From assembly GCA_002104945.1 (NCBI GenBank), contig MCFH01000006.1, forward strand, positions 434,001 to 498,000: DNA of 64,000 nucleotides. Reading direction: 5' to 3'. Of this stretch, positions 1 through 13,514 are shown piece by piece. Position numbers and translations under genes: made by a program. This stretch comes from Piromyces finnis finn. Its lineage: Eukaryota > Fungi > Neocallimastigomycota. Position 1 is the first letter of the stretch, and every line of letters begins with the position of its first letter. The notes under the pieces were generated by a model. It did not search any database and had not been told where the DNA came from. It saw only the letters and a program-made list of their open reading frames with translations.

Positions 1-645
1 GACATTAATATTATTACTATAATTTAATTTAATAATAGATATTAAAAAATAAAAAAAAAAAGGGAATAAATAGGAGTAAATTATTATTAAATGTAAAAAA
101 AAAAAAAAATTATATATATATATATTATTTAATTAATAAATAAAATCACTTTATATTTTTTCTATATCTTATATATTTTATTTTTTAAATTATATGATCT
201 TATATAAATTATTAAATATTTACAATAGAGTACTGTACTTTATTATAATGTTCCTTTTATTAATCATACTTATTGCTATTTTGTTTTATATTATTATATA
301 ACCATATAAATAAAAATTATATCAATATAAGGATTAACTTATTTTGACTAAATAATTGAAAAAAAATGTTTGGAATTCTAATAAATGACTTATAAATTAT
401 AAAATAAAAAGAAATTAAATTGTTTTAATATATTAAACATTGATTTTAAAATTGAATTATACAGTATCGATATACTATTAATAAAACTATTTATATTATT
501 ATTCTTACTTGAATTCTTATGATGAATAAAAGAAAGAATAAAATATTAATTATTGGTATTAATTTATTAGTTTCCTAAAAGTGATGCTGTTTAAAAAAAA
601 TTAAAAAGATAGAAATAATTATTATTTATAATTTAATGATTATGC

Positions 646-2349
646 TTAATTTCTATTTTTGCTAATTATTATACTATCAACGAGTGATTTTCTATTACCA
701 CGACTATCATAACTACTGACACTACTGTTATGACGATGATGATGGTGATGTTTATGGTGTTGTCTATTTTGTAGTGGATTATCTATTGGATATTTTGGTA
801 ATTTAGGTAATTTTGGGATACTTGGTTTTTCAATTGTTAATGAAATTGGTTCATTATTTTCTTCATCTAAAACAACACTAATATCTTCATAATTATCACT
901 TCCATCTATTAATCTTTGGTAATTATCACTTCCATCTGATAAACTTAATTGATTATTTTGTCTGGTTAAAGTTAATTTACGCTTAGCTTCTAATTCCCAT
1001 GGTTGAGGTAATGAATAATTTCTTTCACTTTCTTCTACCTTAATTGCATCATAATATATTTGTTCACCTCTGTAATTGTTAAGACCATCATGAGAATCAA
1101 CATCACTATTGTTTCCACTTATATTATGATATTTATTATTCTTTTTTGATTCATATACAAAGTGACCTATCACTGTAAAGCATAATAATGCACCAATAGC
1201 TGGAAAACCTACTGTCTTGAAATAATTTTTATTACCTTCTACATTATCGGTTTTAACTTTTTCAATATCTTCTACAAGTATAGTATTAACAGACCATAAA
1301 CATAAACCACTCATTGTTGCTGTATTATTATTAGTGTATGCCCAAACTCTAATAAAGTATTTTTCGTTCTTTTTAAATTTTATGTATGGATTCCAATTAA
1401 CTTCATTTATATCACTTGGAATATTGTCGTCGATTATAATAGTTTCTGTGGTTGGATAGGCAATATAATCATCTCTTCTAGTCAAATTAGCGTGTAATTC
1501 AATTTTAATTGAAGAGCTTGGTTCAAATTCATCAACGGTTTTCCATTTAATATTAACAATAGAGTCTTCATTAAAAACATTTGGTGTACTAATAGTAATA
1601 TTAAAACCATGGTGATCTTTATTTATAAAGATAAATTTATTAGTGAAATTTCTTTAAATATTCAAATTATATATATTTAAAAATACTCACCAAATTCACT
1701 CCACTTAACCACTAATTATTTAAATTTTTATGAAAGAAATGATAAAAATAAAAAAGGTCATTATTTTTTGCTATCTTTTTTATTATTATTTTAATTTTTA
1801 TATTTACTTACAAGTTAAATCTTCTTTTAAAATTTGATGCTTATCAATTAATTCAGCTTTTGCTTTTTCAACTCTTACAGTCTTATCTTGAGATATATTC
1901 TCTACACGTGTTCTATTGTCGTTATTTTTAACACCATTATTTTGTCTTGTATTGGAAACATGACTGTATACAATTTGCTTAGTTGTACTCTGATCGTTTT
2001 GACTTGGGCTACCTTGGACATTATTATTTGCAATATTACTATTTTGAATATTATTATTTTGAATTCTGCTACTTTGATTTTGATAATGATTATCCTGTGA
2101 ACTATTTTCTTGAATTTTATTATCTTGATTTTGATTATAATTATCAGTACTACTACTACTTTGTCTGTTTATTTCAATTTGGGTATCTGTCTGAGTATTA
2201 ACTGCATTATTTTCAGAAACTATATTCTTTTGATAAACAGATGGGTTAAAATATGGTTGACTATTGTATTGCTGACTATTAGCTGAAGATATTATTGTTA
2301 CTGAAAAAATAAAAAGTAAAATGAATAAATTCATATTTATTAAATTCAT
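646..2349 (-). CDS. Type I membrane protein: signal peptide, N/Q/S-rich low-complexity region, small beta-rich ectodomain (Ser-Thr-rich/Kre9-like or FN3-like), one TM helix, long cytoplasmic tail with Pro-rich and His-rich segments
   Basis: Three exons join in frame: 2349-1812 (donor GTAAGT), a 21-nt exon 1711-1691 (donor GTGAGT) and 1616-646, reading ...EDLT-LVKWSEF-DHHGFNITISTPNVFNEDSIVNIKW... This links the 181-aa and 279-aa ORFs. The TM segment is VGFPAIGALLCFTVIGHFVY. Confidence 0.75.
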
Positions 2350-4648
2350 TGTTAGTTACTTTTTTTGAATATATATATTTTTAAATAATTCTAAAATAAA
2401 TTTTATTGTATATAATGTAAATACTATATTGTTTATTTTTATTATAAATTTGTAATTATATCATATACACATTATTTTAAATATATATTTTAGTTCATAA
2501 AAAATAAAAAGTTAAAAACATAAAATTATACTTTTTTTATATTTTTATATTTTTTGTTATAAAAAATTTTAGTTATCTTGCTTTATATTTGATTTTGCTG
2601 ATTTTGTATATATTAATAAATTAACATATATTACAAATGTAATAATTATATTATACCAATATAAATTGTAATATTTTTTAATAAAGTTAATATAAAATTA
2701 TTATATTTAAAGTTATATAAAAAATTAATATAACATTGTAGTCTATTGTTTGATAGAATTACTTTTAAAAAAATCGAGTATATTAGAATATAATTGGTAA
2801 ATAAATAGTATATTTCCTGGTTTTAAATAATTATTATAAACACAACTTAATATGAAAAAAATTAATTATTATTTATTAATTTTTATAATATATTAATTTT
2901 TATTATTATATTATTACGCCCTTAAAAATTAATAAAAAAAGAAAAGAAATGCAATGAAATAATTGGTCGATAATAATAGTTTTTATTTCAAATATATAAT
3001 TTTAAGTAAATCATTTAATTAAATTTCAAGTTAATAATTTCTTGAATTAATATATTCTGTTCAAGAATTAATATATGTAATAATATATAGAGTATATATT
3101 AGAAGTGTAACAATTTGTTAAATGATTTCTATATAATAGCATATAATAGCATATTTAATAAATTTAGTACGGTGTCACCCATAAAAATTTTATGTTTGAC
3201 AGGTATTTAGTCATATTTAAGAATAATATTTTATTAATTCTCAAATAAAAATCTCAAATAAATATTTTGAAACTAATGAAATGATAATAAAATGTTAAAG
3301 AATTATTGCAAAAAAAAATATGTAATTTTATTGGAGTTAAAAAAAAAATAAAATCTATTTAAATCAATGATTATGAAAATGTTATTTCGTTAGAGCATAT
3401 AAAGGAAAATTATCAAATAAAATATTTTATGATATAATGCTTTAATGCTTTATTTATCATCATTATTAGATTATTAATAAAATTATTAATAATCTATACT
3501 CTTAATAATTATAAAAATTTTCTTTAAAATATAATAAAATGTTTACAAATATTAAAATCTTTAAAAAAAATGCAAAGATATGTTAAAAAAATTATTGCTA
3601 TCATTCTATAATTACTTTTTACATGAATATATAGATATTTATGATAAAAAAAAAAAGAAGAAAATCAACATTTCTATTTCTATATTAATTTTTTTTTTTT
3701 TTTTGAAAAATAATAAATTCAATAATATTTTATTTTTGTTTATTTTTTTTTTGTGTGTATGTTTAAATGTCTGATATGAAACTCTAATTTATATAAATTT
3801 TATTTTTTGTTACACGAGATAATTATTCCTTAATATATTATGTATAATATGATGGTAAAAATGTTGATTTTTAAATAAAAAAACGGCATTCATTTTTTAA
3901 TGTAAACAAATAAATATATTAAAATTTGTATAATCCTTGAAACATAAATATATTTTTGAAACCTCAAATTTTTTTTTCTTTTTCTCCTTTTAAAAGAAAG
4001 AGATATTTTATCCTTTTAATAAATTTTTCGTGTATAAAATATTTATGATATCTAATTAATAGAAAGACAAATAATAAAAAAATTATATATTATAATCATT
4101 AAGATTATAGAATTATAACATTTTTGACAGATAAAAAATTTTTCTATTTTTCCAAACTAGATAAAATAATGTGTAAAAACCACATGTTACACAAATGAAT
4201 ATAGTTCATCATATTAATTTTTCTTTACTAAATGACTCAAAACCATTTTTCATATATTAATAATTATTACATATTAAAACTAGAGAATTTTTTTTTTGTT
4301 TGTTTGTTTTTTTAATATTTTTGTGTATTCTTTCTACATACAATGTGTATTAATTAACAATTATTCCTATTATTTTTTCTTCATTATTTTATTTCATATT
4401 ATTAATTAAAGCTTTTATTTTTCAATAGCCTTAAAAAAACTTTAATTATATATTATAAAATAAATTGTGTATAAAAAAAAATATACAAAAAACAATTATA
4501 TTTAACTTTTATCATTTCAAATTGAAGTTTTTGTTTTATTGCTTAATTTTATTAAATATTATTTTTTTTAAAAAGTAATTATATATATACATTTATTAAT
4601 ATTTATTAAATTACATTATTAATTGTATATTTTTATTAGATGGTTATT

Positions 4649-7600
4649 TTATTTTAATTTTAATTCCTTAGCAATATTATCAGCAGCAATTGGGTGGTAG
4701 AAATTGATATTCTTTTTAAAGGTAGATATAGCTAAGTCAGCACCATTTTTGCATTTGAAAAGATATCTTTTTTTTTTTAATATTCAATAGTGTTAGTCTT
4801 TTAAAAATAATAATAGTAATAATAAGAATAAAATATATTAAAAAAAATTTACCTGTAAAGTGGAATAACAAATTTCATACGACCTTGTTCTTCAACGAAT
4901 TTAACAACTTCCGGGAAAATTGGTTCATAATTGGAATTTAAACATAATATTTGCCAGAGGAAACGAACTTCGCTATTTTTAGTTTTTGTAAATTCATATG
5001 CCTTATCCATAGCTTTAATAAAAGTTTCACTAAATGGACCTTCTTCAGTAATCTTTGAAACAAAGATCATAAGTTGCTTAGCATCAAAATCTTTAATATC
5101 CTTTAATGAAAATTCATCAAATGATGTAGAATCTTTTTTATTAATCCATTTATTTGCTAATTCATCACACATATTTAATAAAGTTCTATCAAATTTTGGA
5201 TCAACTGGTGGCTTTTTTATTGTTTTTTTTTTTAAAAAAAAAAAAATAATAAATAAATAAATAAAAAAAAAATTAAAACATCAGTATTAATGATTCATTA
5301 TATAAAATAATACTAATAAATTAAACAAAAAAAAAAATATAATCTTACCATGCCATAACCATATAACCAGGTATTCCAGTCAACACTATCTAAGACCTTA
5401 ATCTTGGATTCATCATGCTTTTTAAAGTATGAATATAAGAAATCTTTCCATTGACTAGTACTAAGTGATTTATTGGTAAAGTGGATAACATATTCTAATG
5501 TAGTATAATAACAACAATAATATATTAAGTTGTTTTTTAATTAAAAAAATTTTTTATTTATATTTATAGCATTAAAAATTAATATTTTACCTTTAAGGAA
5601 TGGATCTGTTTGTTTAACAGATTTATAATGATATTGGAAAATTGAATTTAAAAAATTACATATTAATATTAATATTAAAGTATTTTAAATATATAATTGT
5701 AGTTAATAATACCAAAAACCTTTGGTCCCCCAAGAATTTTTTCCAAATAATATAATAAATTGAAACCTTTTTCTAAAATTTTTTTATTAATTTTTCATTT
5801 TATAATGAAATTAGTTTTAAATGGTATACCATTGCTTTTTCTTAATCATTAATAGATATTTTTATAATTTATAATCTATCTTTACCATATGGAACAGTTG
5901 AGAAACTTTTATAAAACAATAAATTAGAAAATATTATATTTTAATATGGTTTATTATTGTCGTTGTTATCATATTTGTTACAATTTTATTTAAATATATA
6001 CCTGTCATCTGGATCTTTTTCTCTTAAATCTGGAACAAGAGAAGTAAAGTATTCTTCTTCCTTACCATATGAATTAACGGCTTCCTTTAAATCGCTCCAA
6101 CCAATAATAGCAGAGAAATCTCTGTATGCTTCACCATGTAATTTACTAAGAATTTTTCTTTCAAGATACATCTAAAATATTAATAATTAATGTCAATTAG
6201 CTTTTTTATTATTGATATTGAATAAGAAATATAAATAGATGCAATTTAATGACTTATCACTTACAGTGTGACCTTCATTTAGCCAGAAATGTTGCTTTTA
6301 TTAAGAGTAGATTAAAGTTTAATTATTTTTTTATTCTTACTATTTATAAATATTATATATTAATTATGGAAAATAGCATCTTATACCCAGTTACTGTTAG
6401 TAACTAAATTACCAGTCCAACTGTGTGAAATTTCATGAGCAACAACATCGACTAATGATCTATCTCCAACAACAATAGTCTTTTATTTAATTGAAAATAA
6501 AAAAATTAATTTGTTAATTTATTTTTCATTTCAATAAATAATATAAAAATGTACGTATAATATATATATAAGAAATATTACTGGAGTAACAAAAGTTAAA
6601 CATGGGTTTTCCATACCACCAAATGGGAAGGATGGTGGAAGGCTAATTTAATCATGATAATATAAATTATAAGTCATTAATTGACTTTAACTAATTTGTT
6701 TAGTCATTATTGTTATCAATTAGCTTACACTAATAAATCATAGACACCCCAAACGTATTCAGTTAACTATTACATTAATATAGTTAATATAGCTATATTT
6801 TTACTATTTTTTTAATTTATTAAAAATTTCCATATACGTACATATTCTTCACCAATTTTAATGAAATCTTCAGTATTAGCAAATTCATAAGCAGCTTTTT
6901 CTACAACTTCTGGTTCAGACCAAACAGTTGAACGTGGTCCAATATTAATACCTTTAAGATTACCTACAGCAATAGCAAGTAAATATGCCTATTATAAAAT
7001 CATGTTTATCAAATAATTATTGTTACTATTAATATTTTTTTTCTGTTGATGGTTGTTGTTATTTTTTATATATTTAATTTATTATTATATTATTTATATT
7101 ACTGGAATTTTCATTTTTTGTTCAAATTTGTATGAAACATAATTATTTTCAACAATTTTTTCGTCAATTAAAACAGCACTCATAAGAGCTCTTAATTCTT
7201 TTGGAACAACCATTTCAGCATCATAAGTCAATTTAATAATTGGTGTATCCTAAAAATTATAAATGTTAATAGAAAAGGTATATATACATTATATAAAAGT
7301 ATAAGTTATTTACTTGACATGGAACAACACTTCTTGCATGAATTGCCTGTATTTTAAATTATGTATATTTAAATATGAAAAATGAATAATATTTTACGAT
7401 AATTTATTTATTCATTTATTTCTACTCATAATAATTAAAATAATGTTTATTTCTCTCCTTACTTCACATTGAGTATAAAGATCTTATTATTAAAAAAAAG
7501 GATAAAATGAATTTTTGAATTATTATTATTATTGAAATATAAAATAATTTTGTATATATTGGTTAATTTAACTTACATGGATATTTCTTTCCTTCAGTTT

Positions 7601-8445
7601 GACTAGTAAAATATATTGTATTAATAAATGTATAATAATTAAAATAACATTGATAATAAGATTTTAAATTTATATAATAAATTAATATTTAAATACAATA
7701 TTTTACCTTGGTTCTAACCATTGGCAAGCTGAACATTCTGGTGTAGTTTCATAATTAATTTTAACATTAACTTTTTGTTGCTTTAACATATCATCAGTAA
7801 AAATAATTCTTAAAGCTTGACCATACATTGAATGAACATTTCCTAATTTAAACTAATATAATTTTATTTTCATTTTAAAAATGAAATTTCAAATTTTAAA
7901 ATAAATTTCAAATTAATTTAAATGTTTTAAATTACTGTTTTATACTTTCAGAAAATATATATATATTCTCGTTGCTTTTATTTATATTATAAAAAAAATA
8001 TTATTTCAAATTATTATTGTTATTATTATTAAATTGAACTTACATCTAATGAAATTTCCTTATTATCTTCTTTAAGCCAAGAAGCTGAAAATATTTTTAA
8101 ACCTCTGGTATCCAATATAAATTCGTTAACACTATTGTCAACAATTTCAACTTCATTGATAACGTAACCACTTAAAACTTTTCTTTCAAATTCGGTTTTT
8201 AAGTTTAATTTCATATGATTGACTTTAAAATTATCAACGTTTGAATAGGAATTTGGATCAACTTCCCAATTATTTTCAGAAGTAGTAGTTGTCATTTTGT
8301 ATAATAATGAATCTTGTTTCGGTAATGCTTTTAAAATATCTTCTCTTATTTCACTGTTAGTTGATATTACTGGTTGAATATGAAGAACAACGCTTAATAA
8401 AACAAAAAAAATAATTGAATTATTCCATATATTTATTTTATTCAT
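4649..8445 (-). CDS. LTA4H: Leukotriene A4 hydrolase-like M1 zinc aminopeptidase, multi-exon, with an N-terminal signal peptide
   Basis: Motifs across exons: [64 protein letters not shown] (HEXXH), [39 protein letters not shown] at 8445, stop at 4649-4651. Confidence 0.93.
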
Positions 8446-9229
8446 TATGATCTTTTTTTTATAAATGTTTTTATAAAAAAGTTTTTTTATATTAAAAATA
8501 TAATATATGTTTTTGTATTTTATTTTTATCACGAATTATATAATTATTATATTAAATGTATATATTAATAAAAGTAAATAATATGTATAATTACCTTTCT
8601 TTGAAATTATATTCAACTTAATATTTATTTAAAGAAATAAAAAAAAATTTACAAAATATAATTTTAATAAATAAATATCAAAAATTAATTAATATTTCTG
8701 TATCAACTTTTGAATGTAATTTTTTTTTAAAAAAAATGATAGAGAATTAACAGAGTTTAAACCGAATTTATTCAAAAAATCAATATTATTTATAAAAAGA
8801 AAAAAAGAAAGATATTTTAATATTCATATCCGTTTAAGTATATATGTTTGTGTATATATTCATTATATAATGAACTATTTTACATATAAAAGGTATTTAT
8901 TATAATTAGTTTTTAAATGATATAATCTTTTAATTTTATTATTTAAAATATGATTTTCACCTGATTACATAGTTTTTAATTTAATCTATGAATAATTAAA
9001 AGTATTATTTTAGCAATAATTAATATTTTAATAATTAATTAAAAAAAATAGATTAACTTTTTTTCATGCAATTTTAATATCACCTAACCTCTTCTAATAC
9101 AATTAATTTAATATTAATAATATTTTATTTGGTGTAAGCATTTTAAATTTTATTAAAATTTTTTAATTTGAAGAAAACAAATTATATTTTTTTTATTTTT
9201 AAAAATCAAAAATTAAAAATTAAAATAAA

Positions 9230-10639
9230 ATGGATTTCTTTCCATTATATCAAGATATTGTATCTAGCAGATCATATTATGAAGAAGCAGATTATATTTC
9301 CGAAGATATAGATGAAATTCCAGAAGAATTTAGACAACCATATATTGTTGTATGTGAAAATAATCAAATTTTATAATTAAATCAATAAATTATTATTTTT
9401 ATTTTTAATTTCTCTAATGAATTTCTATGTATATGTATACTTAATATTAAATGAAATATAAAATTCTGAAAATAAAGTGGACTTCTGAAGTTGAAAGTAA
9501 ATTAAAAAGTGTTCTTGATGTATCAAACATTATTATTGGTTTAAAACAAGCAGGTACAGCCTATGTCAATTCTCGCTTTACTTCGAAAAAAGCTATAGGA
9601 ACCTTAATTTTACCAGAAATAAATATTGTAAATATAAAATTAATTATTATTATTATAATAATAATAATCTTGATATCATATATATAAATACTAAATATAA
9701 AATTTTATTTGTACATTTGCTTTTTTTTTTTTTTTAAACTCTTCAAAAGTCAAAAAATTGTTTAAACATTCATAATACTACCAACAAATCATGTAATATT
9801 TATATTGCAAATGAAAAAAAACCAACTTTAATAGTTACTTGTAATTACAATGTTTCTCAAGAAAGAGCATATGATTGGAGTAGACTTCTTTTATCAAATG
9901 TTAAAACCGAAAAGTATTTTTTTTTTTATTCAAAATTTTATAATACATTTTCTTTTTATATTTTTTATATAATTAAATTATATATACACTTTTTTCTGGT
10001 AATAGAATAATTATATATGATACTCTTGATGCAACTGAAATTAAAACTGATATTTCAAGTGAAGGCTTACCACATCCACCATACTTAAGAAAATTAACTA
10101 CTTCAAATTACATAATTGTAATTATTATAATTTCTTTTTTAAAAAAAAAATCATATAATTTTATAATGCATCAATATATTTATTTTTTATTATTATTTAT
10201 TTATTTATTTTATTAAACAAATATTAAATTAGAATGATAATATAAAAACTCTTGAAACTCCAAACTTTGTTCAAGGATGTTCAGCATCAATTATGTCATG
10301 GGTATGTTGAATTCCTTAAAAATTTATATCATTTTACGAAATTTATGTTTAATATATAATATATATAATATACTTATAAAATTTTAATTAAAAAAAAATT
10401 AGTGTGAAATTAATAATATTAAGGCTGTATTATATTTAAGTCTTAATGAAAATATATACGGAAAATCCGAAACTACTGTTGAAACTTTAGAAGCTTTTGA
10501 TAAATCGTTTAATACTCTTACTCAAGAAGAAGCTATTATATCTGGAAATACTTTCAAAAAAGAAGAGTTAACATCTATATATAAAAATAATTTTGTTACT
10601 AGAAATAGCATTTCCAATAAATCTTTACTTTATACCTAA
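9230..10639 (+). CDS. PSMG1: Proteasome assembly chaperone 1 (PAC1/PSMG1-like), multi-exon
   Basis: Spliced translation MDFFPLYQDIVSSRSYYEE...PPYLRKLTTS...LETPNFVQGCSASIMSWCEINNIKAVLYLSL...KSLLYT* resembles the PSMG1 C-terminal half and its terminal xxYT. Confidence 0.72.
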
Positions 10640-11035
10640 ACGAAAATAAAACATATATATATATATTATATCTTATCCTTAGTCTTTTTCTTATGTAATA
10701 ATCAATTGTAGTAATATAAATATAGCTATCTATAGTAGTTTTAATTATATGCTATATATTTAATTAGCTATAGTTTCTTTTTTTTTCATGTAGAAAAAAA
10801 GTAATATCTAATTTCCTTTTAAAAATATGAAGAGAACCTTCTTTTAATAATGATATAAAATAAATAATAATAATAAAATAAATAAATAAATATTGTCAAA
10901 TATTTAAAATCAACAATTTTTTTTTAACAGAATCAAATATCTTTAATCTTTATTATTAATTTAATTAAAATTATAATACATGTTATAAAAAAAATAAAAT
11001 TAAAATAAAATTTAAAAAATATGTTTAAATAAACA

Positions 11036-11520
11036 TAAATGAAACAGTCAGTAGTTGAAATGGATTTTCCTATTAAGTAAAATATTGGATCTTTCTTGTT
11101 CTGATTTTCTACTGATTCATGTCGAATTATCATCATTGAACATTTCTGAATACCAAAATCCATTTCATTATGCATCGCCCATTCGTTAACTCTTTTTAAC
11201 AACTCTTTTAAGCATCTTCTTAACGGAGCACAAATAACTATATCATCTGCAAAAAATCCACCATAATACCAAATACCTCCTAAACTGACTTCGAGATCTT
11301 TGTATTTTAATGAAATTATTCTTAAGGCCATATTCTGAAATTCTAGTGGTGACAATTTTTGAAATCATCTTAATACCATTATTGATAAGTAATATACCAC
11401 AGTAGTTATCGCAATCAAAATCAACAAATAGCAATATTAAATAATATAACAAATAATGGATATAAGATTAACTTTATGCTTTGAATCTAAAAACTTTTTG
11501 ATGATTACCAACTATTTATG
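11036..11520 (-). mobile_element. Degenerate non-LTR (LINE-like) reverse transcriptase fragment
   Basis: Two frames give DNYCGILLINNGIKMISKIVTTR (NYRGISL-like) and GFFADDIVICA...NEWAMHNEMDFGIQKCSMMII (FADD catalytic motif). The sequence is frameshifted, internally deleted and truncated. Confidence 0.8.
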
Positions 11521-11559
11521 CTATAAATGAAAATGAAAATAAATTATCAATACTAAGTT

Positions 11560-11590
<31 letters not shown>

Positions 11591-12056
11591 ATAATTAATT
11601 TTAAATCAGTATAAAAAATTATTTACAGCATACTATAACAAAATATATTATTTTGTTATGAAGAACTACATTATATATTTTTTAATGATTATATGTTTTA
11701 GTTAGTTTGTTATTTAATAAAATTTCTTTTCAGTTATTCTTATCATTACTTCATTTTCATAATATTTATTTTGTTTTTATACACAAAAATTATTATATAT
11801 ACTACTACACTCTTTGAATTAATGTTTTAAACATTAAATATTATTTTTTTTTTTATTTTATATTATTTTTAATTTTTATTATTACATAAAAACAATAAAG
11901 ATAAATTTAAATTATTAAAAATTAACATTAAATAATAAATAAAAATTTTATATACATTTACCAAAAACTTTATTAAATAAAAATAAATTGTTTACAAATC
12001 ACTTTTTTCTAAATAACTTTTATAAAGATATATTTTTATATACTTCTTTTTTATGC

Positions 12057-12650
12057 TTAAGCCATAGAAATTTGACTACGAACACTTTCTAATCCTCTAC
12101 GTTTAGCACGCTTAACCATGAAAAAGATACCAGCTGATGAGAGAGCAGCAGCTCCTACAAGACCAGATGCAATCTTAGCTGGATCAATTGTAGTATCAGT
12201 TTTGCTAGTGTCATCAAGTGCAGCAATTGGTGAACTTTGAGCTTCTTGTTGAGCAACAGCAGCAGCTTCACCTGAGGCACCTGTAAACATTGGAGCTGAA
12301 CTTTCATTTTGTTGAACTGGTTCTAAAGTTGTTCCTGGGGCAGCAGCACTTTGTGGGGTAGTTTCTTCTGGAACAGAGGAATCAGGAGTACTTATTGGAG
12401 GGCTTACTGGATTACTTTCAACATCTGAGCTTTCTCCGTAAGCATCTAAAGCATCAATTCCAGCATTATCTCCATAATCATCTGAAATTTCACCACCTGC
12501 ATTAAGATTATCATAAGTGTTTTGTGGAGCAATATCTGTACTATCTGGAATTTGATTGCTTTCTAAATCTGAAACTATACCTCCATCATAAACTTGGGCG
12601 TAAGCTAAAGCAAATGAAGCAGCAATGGTTAAAATTCTTGTAAATTTCAT
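12057..12650 (-). CDS. Secreted, acidic S/P/A/T-rich cell-surface protein with a C-terminal TM anchor and basic tail (197 aa, intronless)
   Basis: Signal peptide MKFTRILTIAASFALAYA, low-complexity body, TM IASGLVGAAALSSAGIFFMV followed by KRAKRR. GC content is higher than the surroundings and codon use is strongly biased. Confidence 0.85.
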   Translation of the reverse strand: MKFTRILTIAASFALAYAQVYDGGIVSDLESNQIPDSTDIAPQNTYDNLNAGGEISDDYGDNAGIDALDAYGESSDVESNPVSPPISTPDSSVPEETTPQSAAAPGTTLEPVQQNESSAPMFTGASGEAAAVAQQEAQSSPIAALDDTSKTDTTIDPAKIASGLVGAAALSSAGIFFMVKRAKRRGLESVRSQISMA

Positions 12651-13514
12651 TTTGTAAAATTGATTTATTTATAAGTTTAAAAAATCTTTATTTTTAATTA
12701 TGAATATTAATATTTATTGCTATAATTATATATATATATTGATAATAGGCTAAACTATATATATATTATAAACTGATTATTTATTATAATCAAATAATAT
12801 TTAAATATATTTTCACTTTATTTTGAAATTTTTTAAAATTATTTACTTAAATTTTTTTTTTTGTGAAATATTTTTCTCTTTATATAATAAATAATATTTT
12901 CTAAACAAAATAAAAAATGATATATGGCGTTTTTTTTCTATTCCTTTTTAATTATGTTTATCATTGTTTCAATATATTTTGTATATCAATATTTATTTAT
13001 TGGATTTATTTTAATAAAAATTTAATATATAATATGAAATAGAACCATTAATATATATTAATAAAATGAGTTTTATTTAAATAATATATTATAGTATATT
13101 AATGTTATATAATGAAATAATATGACAATACTTTATTGAACGTTACACGGACAAATATTGTTACCGCTTAATTTTTTATAATAACTTAATATTAATTAAA
13201 GTTTTTAGGATTGGAAACAAAGTGTATAATATAATTTACTTTATGTATTAAAACTTTAATTATAATAATTAGCTAATCCTTAAATTATCATAATAAAGTA
13301 GGTCGTTCCAGATTATTTCTTATTAATATAAAATCATAAAATCATTTTATTGCTAGATGAAGTATTCCATTTCTTTGAATTTTATGATAATTATATAATA
13401 TTACTTTATATTGCTTTGTATATTTATTTATAAAAAATTAATGTATATTAATGTTATTAATGTATTACATTTTTATTGATGTGACAAAGTGATTTTTTTT
13501 CGTATCCTTTACAT

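Noticed and set aside
3166-3205. TACGGTGTCACCCATAA as a Tc1/mariner terminal inverted repeat
   Set aside because: I found no matching inverted copy or transposase in the window.
11556-11580. Poly-T run as the poly(A) tail of the LINE relic
   Set aside because: It lies on the 5' side of the minus-strand RT fragment, and such homopolymers are common throughout the window.
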